Of a stretch of DNA of 32,000 bases, positions 30,261 to 32,000 are shown in pieces. Under the pieces are notes generated by a model, which saw only the letters and a list, made by a program, of their open reading frames with translations, was not told where the DNA came from and did no database searches. Within the stretch, counting starts at the first letter, position 1; each line of letters starts with the position of its first letter. A program made the translations under genes and the position numbers. This DNA comes from Paramicrosporidium saccamoebae KSL3 (Eukaryota; Fungi; Cryptomycota): positions 1,324 to 33,323 of the forward strand of contig MTSL01000143.1 in the NCBI GenBank assembly GCA_002794465.1, in the 5' to 3' direction.

Positions 30261-31140
30261 ATGAGTCGGATCCATGAGATTGGTGTCAACGCCAATCATT
30301 GCGGGTATTGTCGAAAAGATGGCGAAACGTCCATCTCGTATATGCTACATGCACAACGTTTGACGGCTCATGACTACCAGGAGCTGATAGACCAAGGCTG
30401 GCGTCGAAGCGGCAATATCATCTATCTGCCTTTGTATCAAGCAACATGCTGTAAGCTCCAGTCAATAAGACTGAATAGCAGTGTATTCGAAATGACAAGG
30501 TCGCAGCGAAAATGTCTGAAAGCGCTGTATCACTATCTGGATATCCCTCTTCCATCCGCAGTCTCTAGGATAGAGTAGCCCTCTCTTTTATTCATATTAT
30601 AGATTCCTGGATGACACACTAAGGATTCTGAATGACTGTGCGGCTTACCAGTGTAGTATAAAGCCTGCTTCATTTTCTGAAGAAGTTTACCAAATTTATA
30701 GTCGATATCAGGTGGCTGTGCACGGCGATGATCCGTCTGAAGTATCCAGGAAAGGGTTTACGCAATTCCTCTGTTCATCGCCTTTGGTGGGCTTTGAACG
30801 ATATGGGACATTTCATGTTCATTACAGCCTGCGTGGACAGCTAATGGCGGTCAGTGTCATTGATATCCTCCCAAACTGCATCTCCTCCGTCTATCTATTC
30901 TAGTATCCCTCCGCTGGTAAGCTAATCTTTAGCGATCCTGACTATCACCATCTCTCATGGGGCACCCTTTCTGCTCTTCTAGAAATCGGTCTGGTTCGTA
31001 CTATTGCAGCTGGCAGTCCCAATCTCCATTTTTATTATCTTGGCTACTACTTGCACGATTGTCCCAAACTTGCATACAAAGGTCGCTTCCAACCATCGGA
31101 GATTCTCAATCGAGACTCGAGCGAGTGGCTGCCCCTATGA
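30261..31140 (+). CDS. ATE1: Arginyl-tRNA--protein transferase ATE1, compact, 273 aa, 3 exons
   Basis: Exons 30261-30574, 30603-30902, 30933-31140; introns 28 and 30 nt. Contains CGYC, [60 protein letters not shown]. Confidence 0.92.
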
Positions 31141-31371
31141 GTGTATAAAATTGTGAAGTCTGTGCTTATAATAAAGATCCCATTGGGCGGTCTCCGCTTA
31201 TAGCTGATGGTCCCCACCCGTAAAATGACCCCAATGGCCTTGGTGAGGGTGGATATATATCAAACGCCACATACTGTGGTAAAAGAACTCTGTTCACCAG
31301 GAGACCCTTTCAAGTAGTATCCGCTTATAATGGTGCCTCTAATAATGATATACTAGCGTACTAACAAGCCC

Positions 31372-31482
31372 TGCTAGATAGTACCCGCTTGTGATTAGCG
31401 GTCCCAGCCCAGATATTGAGGATGGCGGCCTATAAAGGCGTCACAGACTTTAACTAATTCACCCACCAACAAACCCTTTATT
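31372..31482 (-). repeat. Dispersed repeat family, copy C (inverted), with related sub-repeats back to about 31190
   Basis: The minus strand has AATAAAGGGTTTGTTGGTGGGTGA (19/24 with copy A) and TATAGGCCGCCATCCTCAATAT (20/22 with copy B1). Confidence 0.8.
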
Positions 31483-31580
31483 CTTGGGCCCAGATTTACA
31501 CTCTCAATTGCTCATAATTTTTTATCTCCCGCAAAGACAAATTCATTTCATAGTTTATTTTCCACACTACCGAATTCGGA

Positions 31581-32000
31581 ATGCTACACCCACCACACAC
31601 ACGACTAACCCTAAGGATAAGAGCTGTAAAGGTTAATAAGCAGTCGGCTCGGACACCCTATGTACAGATTAGAATTGGCCACCGCATTTTGTTCACCCCA
31701 AAACGGGCAATAGAAGTTCCATGGGACGACGCTTTTGATTTTGATTTATCACTCCATGAGCATCTATTTCACACTGTTCAATTAGATGTCTACGAGTCGC
31801 GCGTTCTACTTCCAAAGCTGCACTATGGGAGGGCGGAAATCCGACTATACAAATTGGCCAACAGATCCATTGTTTCTCCGACGTGGTATGACCTGAAGAG
31901 TCGGTACCATTGTTATGCAAACTTGCAGGATCTTGGAGTCAACGAGGACTGTCCTGCAAACCAGATACTTGGCTCAATCATGCTGGAAATGAAGTACCAA
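31581..32000 (+). CDS. 5' part of a C2-domain protein running off the window; absent from the ORF track
   Basis: Uninterrupted frame from ATG 31581: LTLRIRAVK...PYVQIRIG...WDDAFDF...VQLDVYE...GRAEIRLYKL...TWYDL...LGSIMLEMKY, the beta-strand pattern of a C2 domain. Confidence 0.75.
   Translation, partial: MLHPPHTRLTLRIRAVKVNKQSARTPYVQIRIGHRILFTPKRAIEVPWDDAFDFDLSLHEHLFHTVQLDVYESRVLLPKLHYGRAEIRLYKLANRSIVSPTWYDLKSRYHCYANLQDLGVNEDCPANQILGSIMLEMKYQ

Noticed and set aside
30903-30932. ATE1 intron 2 donor GTATCCCT resembles the U12 consensus GTATCCTT
   Set aside because: It has no TCCTTAAC branch site, has a U2-like CTAAT, and has the same length as the other introns.
31693-32000. Minus-strand spliced model using ORF 31693-31920 and two apparent 28-30 nt GT-AG introns
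   Set aside because: The product resembles nothing I recognise, while the plus strand has an uninterrupted C2-domain frame. It shows that short GT-AG pairs arise by chance, a caveat for other unsupported models.
1-32000. tRNA, rRNA, snRNA genes or autonomous transposons
   Set aside because: No cloverleaf with A/B boxes, rRNA-like tract, or transposase/RT ORF was seen; small RNAs cannot be excluded without Infernal.

Overview
Gene-dense eukaryotic chromosome segment, not prokaryotic. It holds 23 protein-coding gene models (21 complete, 2 truncated by the window edges) plus one doubtful repeat-encoded ORF. The models contain 30 GT-AG introns, all 28-38 nt long, so the ORF track fragments or misses many genes. 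In order: mL38-like C-terminus, CRIPT, ABCC transporter, SmF, aspartate/glutamate carrier, beta-tubulin, MED4, SUB1/PC4, prefoldin 5, GNL3/Nug1, NAA30, Vps55, EPT1/CPT1, casein kinase 1, Osh3-like OSBP, a 91-aa orphan, UBA1, NAR1, PNUTS-like, single-RRM Nsr1, CHCHD2/Mix17, ATE1 and a C2-domain protein. Fungal-type tubulin, tiny introns, very short spacers and trimmed proteins suggest a compacted early-diverging fungus-related genome (Rozellomycota/Paramicrosporidium-like); this is inference only. The four strongest leads are: (1) an unrecognised ~110-165 bp dispersed repeat family in six intergenic spacers, with a core bounded by a TGTTAAA...TTTAACA inverted repeat; (2) two back-to-back introns in VPS55 separated by one nucleotide (1-nt exon or acceptor-interrupted twin intron); (3) a 69-bp-period repeat encoding FGFE[S/P]WI with mostly synonymous variation; (4) a natural E198S beta-tubulin. 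All gene models and alignments were read by eye; no database searches were run.
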